Shown here: positions 26,960 through 38,737 of the stretch, one piece after another | Position numbering within the stretch: the first letter of the stretch is position 1 | Layout: every line of letters starts with the position of its first letter | Assembly: GCF_963921235.1 (NCBI RefSeq) | Contig: NC_086097.1 | Span: forward strand, 171,804,001 to 171,868,000 | Length of the DNA stretch: 64,000 nt | Reading direction: 5' to 3' | Origin: Mobula hypostoma | Lineage: Eukaryota | Program-made: the position numbers and the translations under genes | The notes under the pieces: model-generated | Told to the model about the DNA's origin: nothing | Database searches by the model: none | The model's input: the letters and a program-made list of their open reading frames with translations, nothing else

Positions 26960-28956
26960 TGTGGATGAATAGTCTTTTGTGCTCACAAAGACTTACTGTA
27001 CATTCCCAAACCAAAAGCTGTAGATGAACCAGGAGGTACATCGCCTGCTGAAGGCTAGATCTGTGGTATTCAAGTCTGGCAACCCAGGCCTGTATCAGAA
27101 AAACCAGGCTGATTTCTGGAGGGCTATTTCAAGTGCAAAGAGACAATTTCAAATGAGGTTGGAGGCGACATTGGAAGCACGGCAACTCTGGCAGGGTTTG
27201 TAGGTCATTACTTCCTGCAAAGCGAAACCCAGTAGCATGAATGGCAGCAATGCTTCACTCCCAGGTGAACTCAATGCTTCTATGCCCGCTTTGAAAGGGA
27301 GAATACAACTACCGCTGTGAAGATTCCTGTTGCACCTGATGACCCTGTGATCTCTGTCTCAGAGGCCGACGTTAGGTTGCCTTTAAAGAGAGTGAACCCT
27401 CACAAGGTGGAAGGTCCAGATGGAGAACCTAGTAAGGCTCTGAAAACCTGTGTCAATCAACTAGTGGGAGTATTTAAGGACATTTTCAACCTCTCACTGC
27501 TACAGGCGGAAGCTCCTACTTGCTTCAAAAGGCAACAATTATACCAGTGCCGAAGAAGAATAATGTGAGCTGCCTAAATAACTATTGCCTGGCAGCACTC
27601 ACATCAACAGTGATTAAATGCTTTGAGAAGTTGGTCATGACTAGACTGAACTCCTGCCTCAGCAAGGACCTGGACCCACTGCAATTTGCCTATGACCACA
27701 ATAGGTCAATGGCAGACGCAATTTCAATGGTTCTCCACACGGCTTTAAACCACCTGGACAACACAAACACCTATGTCAGGATGCTGCTCATCGACTATAG
27801 CTCGGCATTTAATACCATTGTTCCCACAATCCTGATGGAGAAGTTGCAGAACCTGGGCCTCTGTACCTCCCTCTGCAACTGGATCCTTGACTTCCTAATC
27901 GGAAGACTACAATCTGTGCGGATTGGTGATAACGTATCCTCCTCGCAGACGATCAATACTGGCGCATCTCAGGGATATGCACTTAGCCCACTGCTTTACT
28001 CTCTATATACACATGACTGCGTGGGTAGGCATAGATCAATCACCATCTATAAATTTGCTGATGATACAACTATTATTGGCAGAATCTCAGGTGGTGATAA
28101 GAGGGTATACAGGAATGAGATGTGCCAACTAGTGGAGTGGTGCTACAGCAACAACCTGGCACTCAACGTCAGTAAGACAAAAGAGCTGATTGTGGACTTC
28201 AGGAAGGGTAAGACAAAGGAACACATACCAATCCTCAGAGAGGGATCAGAAGTGGAGATGTTCCTGGGTGTCAAGATTTCTGAGGATCTAACCTGGTTCC
28301 AACATATAGATGTAGTTATAAAGAAAGCAAGACAGCGGCTATACTTCATTAGGAGTTTGAAGAGATTTTGTATGTCAACAAATACACTTAAAAACTTCTA
28401 TAGTTGTACCATGGAGAGCATTCTGACAGGCTGCATCACTGTCTGGTATGGAGGGGCTACTGCACAGGACCAGAAGAAGCTGCAGAGGGTTGTAAATTTA
28501 GTCAGCTCCATCTTGGGTACTAGCCTACAAAGTACTGAAGACATCTTCAGGGAGCGGTGTCTCAGAAAGGCAGCGTCCATTATTAAGGACCTCCAGCACC
28601 CAAGGTATGCCCTTTTCTCACTGCTATTATCAGGTCAGAGGTACAGAGGCTTGAAGGCACACACTCAGTGATTCAGGAACAGCTTCTTCCCCTCTTCCAT
28701 CCGATTCTTAAATGGACGTTGAACCCTTGGACACCACCTCCTGTTTCTTTATTAATATATAATATTTCTGAGTTTTGCACATTTTTGATCTATTCAATAT
28801 ACGTATGCTGTAATTGATTTACTTATTTTTTTATTATTATAATATTTGGTTTATTAATTTTTTTCCTCTCTTCTATATTATGTTTTGCATTGAACTGCTG
28901 CTGCTAATTTAACAAATTTCACCTCACATGCCAGTGATAATAAACCTGATTCTGAT
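26960..28956 (+). mobile_element. Rex-Babar/L2-type LINE, 5'-truncated, with RT
   Basis: 383-aa ORF 27520-28671 ([43 protein letters not shown]). AT-rich 3' UTR ending AATAAACCTGATTCTGAT. Confidence 0.88.
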
Positions 28957-30424
28957 AGAAAATTGGTATTGGGAGCTCTTTTATTACTTGACACTATATG
29001 GTGCAAGAATTTATTAATCTTGTATCGGAAAGGTGACTTATGGAGATGTGAGTGCCAGCTGATTCCCACTAGATATCCAGTCACATAGAATACTGAAATG
29101 TGTGCTGATAATCCCACAGTAATCTTCGACAGATTTCTTAAAAGGCAACTTGAATTAATGACAGTGTGTAACTTGAGGCTGTATTGGTGTTATCTTCATT
29201 AGCTTCCTGCAAAACAGTTCATAATTATAAAGACATAGGTTGCTCTGTCCAAAGCAAACACTGCTTTAGGAGCTGGATGTGATTACCAAGGGAATTTCAG
29301 TAGTAGGGCAAATCTGCTGCAAGCATAAAAATTGTCATTTCTCCTATCCCACTGACATAATTGTGACTTTTACAAATTATTTGAATAAATATTTGAAAGT
29401 TTTTTAAAAAGTACAATCTCAAGAAAGAACTTGGAAATGGAACAATGGCAAAGAAACGTCATCATCTTGTAGAGAAACAAGCCCTTTGGCCCATTATGTT
29501 GATACTGATCTTCTATGCTGAATCTATTTACCAGGACAGCCTTCTATGCCTTGGCAATTCAGGTGCTTCACCAGATATCTTTTCCCTCTACCACCCAATT
29601 AGAAAGGTTACTTCAACTATCTTCTGAGTAAGAAGTTCTTCCTTAGATCCCTCTTGTCCTCTTATTCCTTCAACTAATTCTATGTCCTCTGCCACAGGGA
29701 AATGTTTCCTACTATTTAACCTATCTAAGTCCCTCATAATTTTGGGTACTTCAATCTAGGCTCCTTGTGCTCACCCTCCTCGACTCCAAGGAAAAGAAAC
29801 CCAGCCCATCCAGTTCTCGGAAGTGTAACACTCCATGACACGGGTGCATCTCTTCTGCACCCTTCCCTGTGTAATGATGTCCTTCCTGTGATGTGGTGAC
29901 CAGAACTACACACAGTTTGCTAGCTGTGGTGAAATCAGTGTTTAACAAAATCATGCCAGGACTTCCAGCTCTTGTATTCTATGTAGCAGCTAATGAAGTC
30001 TGACATATCATTAACCTGATATATCTGTGCTTCTCTTTTTTGGATCCTTTTCCCTCTGTTCCTCAGTACTCTTTAAGGCCTCATCATTCATTGCGTAGTT
30101 ATAAGACTATTGAGTGGTTCCCTAGAACAAGAAGATAAACTCTTGACCTCACAATCTACCTCATTATGATCTTGCATTTAATGTCACCTGCACAGCATTT
30201 TCTCTGCAGCTCTTACACTATAACCTGCACCTGTTATTGTTTTACCTTGTACTACTTCAATGTACTGGGTAATGGCTTGATCTGTATGAACAATATGAAA
30301 GAAAAGCTTTTTCCTATACCTTGGTACAAATGACAATAGTAAATCAATTCCATTTTCTTTACTAGTCCTCCTAAAGTACATCACCTCATACTTACCAAGA
30401 TAACTTTTCATCTTAGACTGTAAC

Positions 30425-31650
30425 ACTATAAGACATTCGAGCAGAATTAGGCCATTTTGCCCATCGAGTGTGCTCTACCATTCAATCATGGCTGATCCTT
30501 TTTTCCCTTCCTCAATCCCATTCCCCAGCCTTCCTCCCATAATCTTTGACACCAGGTCCAATCAAGAACCTATCAATCTCTGCCTTAAATACACCCAACG
30601 ACCTACCTCCTCAGCTGCCTGTGTTAAGAAATTCCACAAATTCACCACCCTCTGGCTAAAGACATTTCTCTGCCTCTCTGTTTGCTTTCATATTTCATCT
30701 TTTCTCTTCTAATGATTCCTTTAGTTGCTCTTGGTAGGTTTTTAAAAGCTTTCCAATCCTCTGTCTTCCCACTAATTTTTGCCCTGTTGTAAGCCCTCTC
30801 TTTTGTTTTTACATTGGTTTTGACATCCCTTGTCAGCCACAGTTGTACTATTGTGCCATTTGAGTATTTCTTCATTTTTGGAGTACGTATGTCCTGCACT
30901 GTCCTCATTTTCCCCAGAAACTCATGCCATTTCTTCTCTGCTGTCATCCCTGCCAGCAACTCCTTCTAATTTACTTTGGCTCTCCTGTGGTAACCATTTC
31001 CTGGTAAGGGTGCTTGGAAATTACAATGGACATTTACAAAATGGAGAAGATAACAGCATCTGTTAATCATAAGTTGGAACAATTTGATTCATACTGGGAA
31101 AAATGGTTTAACTACATAACACCTCACAGGCCTGATTTTATTCTCACAAGTCAATGAATACGTTGTAAAAAAAAGATCACTCCCTACGTTGAACATATTT
31201 TTTTTGATTCTTCTTTCTTTCCTCTCCTTTCTATAGGTGTATACCTCAGATAAATATTATGTGGAGATTTGTGACAAATATGACTATATGATATATATGT
31301 ACAGTATCTGAATTACATCTTATGGAAATGTTTGTTTGATGATGAACTTCAATAAAAAATAAATTACAAAAAAAAACTAATTTACTTTGGCCAATTCCTC
31401 TCTTATACCACTGTAATTTCCTTTACTTCACTGAAATACTGCTCCACCAGACTTTACTTTCTCCCCATCAACTTTCAAGTTGAACTCATTCATATTGTGA
31501 ACACTGCCTCCTAAGGGCTCTTATACCCTAAACTCCCTAATCACCTCTGGTTCATTACATAACACCCAATCCAGTATAGCTGATCCCCTAGTAGGTTCAA
31601 TGACAAGCTGCTCTAAAAAGCCATCTGGTAGGCATTCAACAAACTCACTC
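30425..31650 (-). mobile_element. Internally deleted CR1 LINE, host of an L1 insertion
   Basis: CR1 3' end at 30425-30670 joined to the EN-RT linker (WLTRDVK...KERAYNRAKISGK.EDW.AFKN). Confidence 0.8.
30981..31376 (+). mobile_element. 5'-truncated L1 with a short inverted 5' segment
   Basis: 15-bp TSD CTAATTTACTTTGGC at 30966-30980 and 31377-31391. 31017-31157 encodes EITMDIYKMEKITASVNHKLEQFDSYWEKWFNYITPHRPDFILTSQ*, an L1 ORF2 end. AATAAA plus poly(A). Confidence 0.88.
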
Positions 31651-32250
31651 TGCCACTGTACAGGGTACTGGTGAGGCTGCACCCGGAGTACTGTGTGCAG
31701 TTCTGGTCTCCTTACTTGAGGAAGGATATACTGGCTTTGGAGGCAGTGCAGAGTAGGTTCACCAGGTTGATTCCAGAGATGAGGGGGCTAGACTATATGA
31801 GGAAAGATTGAGTCACATGGGACTGTACTCACTGAAATTCAGAAGAATGAGAGGAGATTTTATAAAAACATATAAAATAATGAAAGGGATAGATAAGATA
31901 GAGGCAGGAAAGTTGTTTCCACTGGTAGGTGAGACTAGAACTAGGGGACATAGCCTCAAGATTTGGGGGAGTAGATTTAGGATGGAGATGAGGAGCAACT
32001 GCTTTTCCCAGAGAGTGATGAATCTCTAGAATTCTCTGCCTAATGAAACAGTGGAGGCTACATTAGTAAATATATTGAAGACAAGGTTGAATGGATTTTT
32101 GCATAGCAGGGGAATTAAGGGTTATGGGGGAAAAGGCAGAAAGGTGGAGATGAATCCATGGATAGATCAGCCATGATCTAATTGAATGGCGGAGCAGGCT
32201 CAACGGGCCAGATGGCCTACTCCTACTCCTGCTCCTGTTTCTTAGGTTGT
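31651..32250 (+). mobile_element. CR1 LINE 3' end
   Basis: LYRVLVR.H.EYCVQFWSP, RRMRGD.I.TYKI and FSQRV.NL, plus the CR1 tail. Confidence 0.88.
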
Positions 32251-32793
32251 TATGTATATGCTCTCTCATGAGACCCATTACCAACCTGATTTTCCCACTG
32301 GACCTGCATGCTAAAATCTCCCATGACATTGTTCTTGCAGTTTTGTGCATTGGAGCCTCCATACCAGGCTGTGATGTAACCAGTCAGAATGCTCTCCGTG
32401 CATTCATGTATAAAAGAAGCGTAAGAAACATTAAGCATGGCCTATCTCTCCAGATTTTCAAACATCCAACCTTGTTAAGTAATTGTTACTATGGAAAAGT
32501 GCAGAGAAGTTTTATGAGAATGATGCCAGAACTCGAAGCTCTGAGTTCTAGGGTGAGATTAGGCAGGCTAGGACATCATTCCTTGGAACATAGGAAACTC
32601 TGTGGTGACCTTATAGGGGTGTAAAACAAATTTGAGGGGCACAATAGAGTGAAGACACAGTCCTTTTCTCAAAGATAGCAAATCCAAAACTACAGTTCTA
32701 AATGCAATAGATTGGTCAGTTTGAGGTTATAAGTCTGGGAGAGGCAGATGAACCAAGAAATAATGGCATTGATAATAGTTTTATTATATCTAT

Positions 32794-33356
32794 GGGGTAT
32801 ATGGGGTGTCAGGGAGGGTTAGCACCTCTGGTGGGGGAACATGTCGCGTCCTTTTCAGGGCGGTTAGTCCCCCTTTAGTCCCCACCTGGCACTCAGATCT
32901 CACCTGTGGCTCCCCGTAGCTGTTTGCATGCGACAGCGGCCACACCCCGGGCAACGGCTTCGACAAGCCGGCTAAACCAGGTGAGGGTAGCCGACGGGTC
33001 TCAAACCCTCTGTGAGATAGGGAATTGTCTATCCCAACATGTGAAGACAGACTCCAGCGGATTGAGCGGACGAGACCAATGGAAGGTCCAACGGTCAAGA
33101 AGGCGGTCTCTGCAAGCGTTGTGGAACGTGTAGAGCAGGACAAGACACAGAAGACGTCCTGGTCATCCACTGCGCCTAGTCCTATCTCCAGCCGTCTAGA
33201 CTCTGTCTTGCCACTGGACCCAGATGGGAATTGGGAAGAGAGAGTGAGGCTGATGCTGCACAACTCTCCCTCACTTAAATCCAAATCACGCGCTAGTCTC
33301 GACACCATCATTATGGTGTTGAGGTCCTCATCGACGTCGACGATGGACGAACAACG
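32794..33356 (+). mobile_element. Short non-autonomous non-LTR retroelement headed by an HDV-like ribozyme (probably RTE-derived)
   Basis: Perfect 10-bp TSD TTATATCTAT at 32784-32793 and 33357-33366. CpG-rich compared with the flanks. No tRNA A/B boxes. Ends in stem-loops followed by GAACAAC. Confidence 0.85.
32803..32985 (+). ncRNA. HDV-like (double-pseudoknot) self-cleaving ribozyme
   Basis: P1 GGGGUGU 32803-09 / ACACCCC 32942-48. P2 CUCACCUG 32899-906 / CAGGUGAG 32978-85. P3 GGC 32908-10 / GCC 32939-41. L3 begins UCCCCG. P1.1 CC 32912-13 / GG 32949-50, then GCAA. P4 CGGCUU-CGAC-AAGCCG 32955-70. J4/2 GCUAA, with C32972 equivalent to catalytic C75. Confidence 0.85.
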
Positions 33357-34157
33357 TTATATCTATAGTGAATCTGGTCACTCCTTCATTGTTTGCTAAT
33401 TTGGGTGATTTTGATTTGGGCAGCCTGCAGGTAATGAACACTGTGCTGAACTGAAATATGCCTTTTGATTTTGAGTTTTTTATCCTGTGTTTCTGCTCTT
33501 TTTTTTACATTACCATTTGAGTAACTTGCATTTTTCTTGTTTTTTTGTTTCGTGGCTGTCTTGTGGGAAGATGAATCTCAGGGTTGTATACTGCATATAT
33601 ACTTTGATAATAAATGTACTTCCAATCTTTGAATCCTTGAATAGGGAAAGGCCTAGAGGGATAGGGGCCAAAAGTGAGCAAGTGGGACTAGCTTTGTGGA
33701 CACCATGGTCAGCGTGGATGAGTTATTCTGAAGGGCTGTTTTGTAGTGGATAACTCAATGGCTCTATGACTCTTATTGTACAAGGAGAGAACCAAGTAAG
33801 ATAATTGTACACCCTTTGGGCACATCTCCGAAACCCTCAAATTTCTAGAAGGAGCAGAGCATCGGCAAATGCCACCTCCAATTATCCTCTGCGTGTCTCA
33901 GAAGTATTCTCACTGTCACTGATACAGAAAGGTCCTGTTTCAATGTTGTATTACTTTGTGATTGTAATATTACATATTATAAAATAATATATTTTTAAAA
34001 TTTTTAATATCTATTTGAAGAGTCTTTAAATGGCCCTGACTTTCAGTTCAATGACCATGTCAATGATAGGACGTTCTGAAGCTTTTCCTCACTGTATAAT
34101 GGGTTTCCTACCAGATGTGGCAGGTTAGTTTGTCAGAGATTCAGCATGGAAACAGTG

Positions 34158-34335
34158 CAACACTCACAACACACTGGAGGAACTCAGCAGGTCGGGCAGC
34201 ATCTGTGGAAACGAACAGTCAACATTTCAGGACGGAACCTTTCATCAGGAGGTTCCGGCCCGAAACGTTGACTGTTCGTTTCCACGGATGCTGCCCGACC
34301 TGCTGAGTTCCTCCAGCATGTTGTGAGTGTTGTTT
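34158..34335. repeat. Penelope-derived palindrome (~83-bp arms) carrying a minimal hammerhead core
   Basis: 34158-34240 and 34250-34332 are reverse complements with about 6 mismatches. Minus strand 34216-34250 reads CUGAUGA-AAGG-UUCCGU-CCU-GAAA-UGUU-GACUG. Confidence 0.8.
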
Positions 34336-36589
34336 TGACCCCAGCATCTGCAGAGTGTTTTGTGTTTATGAAAACAGTGCACCTTGGGAGCTGAGTCCAG
34401 ACAGCCGGTCGGGTCCCAAACTAACCAGCCCATTATCTTGGAAATCACAGCGCCAGATTCTGCTCAATGCCAAAATGATCATTATTTCATTCACAGCTTA
34501 TTATCAAATGAAGCAGCACTTTGGGCTATGGAGAAAGAGTTCAAACACTCAAGCAAGGTGACTAGCTATGGGATTAGCTTAGGTGGGGATTTCGGTCGGC
34601 ATGGACAAGTGGAACTGAGGGCTTGTTTTTATGATGTGTGATTCTATAGGGTTGGTAAGTTGCAAATAACACTCATGCCATACAATTGCAAGGCATTCAC
34701 TATCTACAAGATAAAAATCTAACCACTTAGCCTTGACTGGTGACCAAACATCCTGCTTGAGAATCTCAATGGGTTGAGCAGTCTCTGTGGAGTTGTTAAC
34801 ATTTCAGGTTGAAGCCCTGCATCAGGCCTGAGAGTGGCGAGGAATCACAACACTCCATTTTACATGACTTGGGTAACCCAAACCATCCATAATTGCTCCC
34901 GAAATGAGCAACAATAAAAGCTGATTCAGATTTTGGTGTTGATTTATTATTGCCACGTGCCTAGAGATACAGTGAAAAGCTTTTGTTTGTCTGCCATCTA
35001 GACAGATCATTCCATGCATAAGTACATTGAAGAAAACAATGCAGAATGCAATGCAGCCACCAACCTACTGGAGGAACTCAGTGAGTCAAGCAGCATCTGT
35101 GGGGTGACGGGGGAAGGAATTGCCAATGTTTCAGGTCAAAATCCTGCATCAGGGCTGGGAGTAGAGAGAGAGAAGATGGCCAGATTAAAGAGAAGAGAGG
35201 AGAGTGCTGATATAGGAGACCAAGATGATTGCTGAATTAAAGAGGGGAGAAAGATGATGTGCCAGTTAGTGGAGGGGAGGGAGTGGAGTTAGGAAAGAGT
35301 AACAAGTGGATGTTGGATGAGGTAAATAAAGAAAAAACTGAGAAGCAGATGGAATAAAGTGGGAGGGGAGGAGTGTGAAGGTTAGAGAGAGCTGCTGGAG
35401 GGAGGTAAGCAGGGTCGGTCACAAAGGGATCACAGTTCTGAACTCTTGTGTATAAAAGGTGATAATGGGGACAATTATGAGATAGGTCAATCACTGACTC
35501 TTTCAGTAGGAACAGCCTAAGCTCCTCCTTTGTCTCATTACTGCATCCATGATTACAAGAGTAAGTCAGCAGTTGGATATACTGCGGAAAGTAACTCGCC
35601 TCCTGAATATACCAAAGTCTTTCCACCATCAACCAAACACCTCCAAAGTATGGTGGAAATTTACATCCTTTAACACTCCAGAGCCTTGACTACACCAATT
35701 GACTGGCACCCCATCCAACTTCTAAGCAGATACTCACTCCACCACAAGCAAATAGTGACAGTAGTGTACATCAGCTGCAAAATGCACTGCAGTTACTTAT
35801 TATTCCTTGAAGGATAAACAAGTTGATGCCTTGGGCCAAGAATCTTCATCAAGATTGATAAAGGATCTCATCCTAAAACATCATGGTTTATTCCCTTTGA
35901 TAGATGGTGCCTGAACTTGAGGGTTTCTCTAGCATTTTGCAAGTATTGTTCAAGATTTCCAGGATCTGCAGAATCTCCTGTGTCCGTTCGCTCTTTCAAT
36001 GCTGCCAGCACCTCACAGTCTGGAAAGTCAAAGGCAATTGGCCGAGAATCATCACCACCAACAAGTTCTCTAAGTCATACACTTTCTTAAGCACCTCTAC
36101 TTCCACAGAAGATTGAGGAAATTCACCAGTGACCCTCATCAATCTTTACAGATGTACCATAGAAAGCATCCCATTCAGATACATCACAGCTTGGTACAGC
36201 AAATACTCTGCTCAAGATCACACGACACTGAACTTGTGAATGCAGCCCAATCCATCTCAAGAACCAGCCTTCCCTCCATGGACTCCGTCTACACTTCGTG
36301 CTGCCTCAGGAGAACAGCCAACATAATCAAAGAACATCCCAACTCAGCCATCCCAGTCACTCTCTCTTCTCTACCCTGCTGTTGGGCAGAAGATATAAAA
36401 GCTTGGGAACACACACCACCAGGCTCAAGAACATCTTCTGCCTCAATGTATTAAGACACTTCAGTGGACTGTTGTACATTGAAGATGAAAGTTGGGTCTC
36501 TCAGTCTACCTCGTTTGACCCTTGCATTTTATTTGTAGTACTGTACTTTCTCTAACTACATATTCTGGATTCTGTTTCTTCTTGTATTT

Positions 36590-37060
36590 TGCAGAGAAAA
36601 TTTACAAAGGTGTTGAAATAATTTGAGGACTTGAGTTATAGGGAAAGGTTGAATAGGTTAGTACATTGTTCATTAGAATGTAGAAGACTGAGGAGACATT
36701 TGATTGAGGTAGACAAAATTACGAGGGGTATAGATTGGGTAAATGAAAGCAGGCTTTTCCCACTGAGGTTGGGTGAGATTACAACCAGAGATCGGCGGAT
36801 AAGGGTGAAAGGTGAAATATTTAATGGGAACATGAGAGGGAACTCCTTCACTCAGAGGATGGTGAGAGTGTGGAAACTGGTGAATGCGGGTTCAATTTCA
36901 GCATGTTTTTTAGAGAAATTTGGATAGGTACTTGGATGGGAAGTGTATGTAAGGGCCATAGTCTGCATGTAGTTCAATGTAACTAGACAGATTAATGGGT
37001 CAACATGGACTAGATGGGCCAAAGGGCCTGTTTCTGTGCTGTAGTGTGCTATGACTCGAT
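36590..37060 (+). mobile_element. CR1 LINE 3' end
   Basis: LSYRERLNRL...SLECRRLR..LIEV.KI and FTQR.VRVW, plus the GGGCC.AAGGGCCTGTTTCTGTGCTGTA tail. Confidence 0.8.
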
Positions 37061-38737
37061 GACACTACTGTATCTCAATATACTTACATATGGAGTGGTC
37101 TGCCTGGATGACATGTAAACAAAGGTTTTTCACAATGTCTTCCTACATGTGACAATAATAAATTCTCAATTGCCAATGGATATATACTCAATGCTGCCTG
37201 TGAGGAATTTGTACGTTCTCCCCGTGATCATGTGGGTTTGTTTCCTGCAGGGGCTCCGGTTTCCTGTTACACTCCAAAGACACATCAGTCGGAAGGTAAA
37301 TTAATCATTGCAAATTGTCCCAAGATTAGGATAGCATTAAATTGGTGGGTTGCTGTGCAACGTGACTCGAAGGGTTGCTGGGGCCTATTCCACGCTGTAT
37401 TTCACTGGTCCAATACTGCTTGGTCTAAATCCTGGAATTCCTTCTCCAACAGCATGTAAACTCACCCGAATTACAATAGTTGTAAAAGATAGCACATCAC
37501 CACCTTCTCAAGGGCAACCAAGTCTGGGCCATAACTGCAGTCCTCGCTTGTAACACCCACATCGTGTAACTGAACATGGAGAAAAATGTGCTGGTCAAAC
37601 CTTATTGCAGACTAGAAATTAGCAGGTGTAATAAATCTACAGCAACACTCTTGTGGTTTGCATTGAGCAATTACTGCAGACTTACTGCCAAAACAGACTT
37701 GAATAAATGGTTCAATTGTATGTCACAGTGGAGCACCCTTGGGTCTCATTGTCCATTTAGGAAGAGAGTTAAAAACAAATTAAAAATTGCCCCAAATGGT
37801 ATGTTCTCCACAGCCAAAAGGAATACTCAAATGAGCTAAATTAACTGTGTTAAAGCAGCAGTAAGGTCACAGCTACATCAAGTTCTGATCAGTATGTTAC
37901 AGGAAGGAAATGATAGAATGAGAGAGGATTCAAAAGGAGGTTTATAATGTAAATGAATAACATTGTATTTTAAGGTTGGAGAAGTATAGGTGTGAGGAAA
38001 GGTGATATGTTATCCTTCAATGAGAGAAAGCTGCGGGACTTTTGACTGTGGCTGCAAAATTAAAAGTAGTCTAGATATACTGACTAGGAAACTCCTACAC
38101 ATCTAAACAGAGAGATAATTAGCTTGAGTCAAAGATTTAAAATACACGAGGAAGGACTAGGGTTGAAAATATTATTTTTAATTTAATGAGTGATGGGGAT
38201 CTGGAGCCCACAGTCTGAAAGTGAAGTGGATCTGGTTTCCTCTCCACATCAAAGAATCTGGATAAACAGTCGAAGAGCTATTGTCAGCAGGCTACCAAAC
38301 AAGAATAGGGAAATGTTATTAATCCTGACAGAACTTCATGTTAGCAAGAAAATGAGGTAGTGAATAATATCATTCTGTTAATAAGAGTTTGTGGAACGTC
38401 AGGAGTATAATCTCTACTCATGCTTCACTCAAATTATTGATTATTGCTGTCAATAAAGAGTTTGTTAGCAAAAGAAATGAAGAGCTCCCAGCAATTACAT
38501 TGTGACAGTAAGTATGAGTCCCCTTACAGTTAGAGACAGAGAAATTCTAATGCAGGTAATGGCACAAAGATAAATAAATATTCTGCATCCATTTTCATGG
38601 TTGAAGATACATCAAATACACCTAAAATTAGTGGAGAGTCAAGAGTCTAAAGACACTTTCTAAAATATGTGCCATTAATCACCTTTTAATGCTGATGAGT
38701 ACTTGAAAAAAATTTAAATAGAAACAATATCATCCAT

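Noticed and set aside
33025..33399. 124-aa ORF (and the 173-aa antisense ORF 32790-33311) in the ribozyme element
   Set aside because: No recognisable domain, and it crosses the element boundary. GC-rich UTR sequence is stop-poor by chance.
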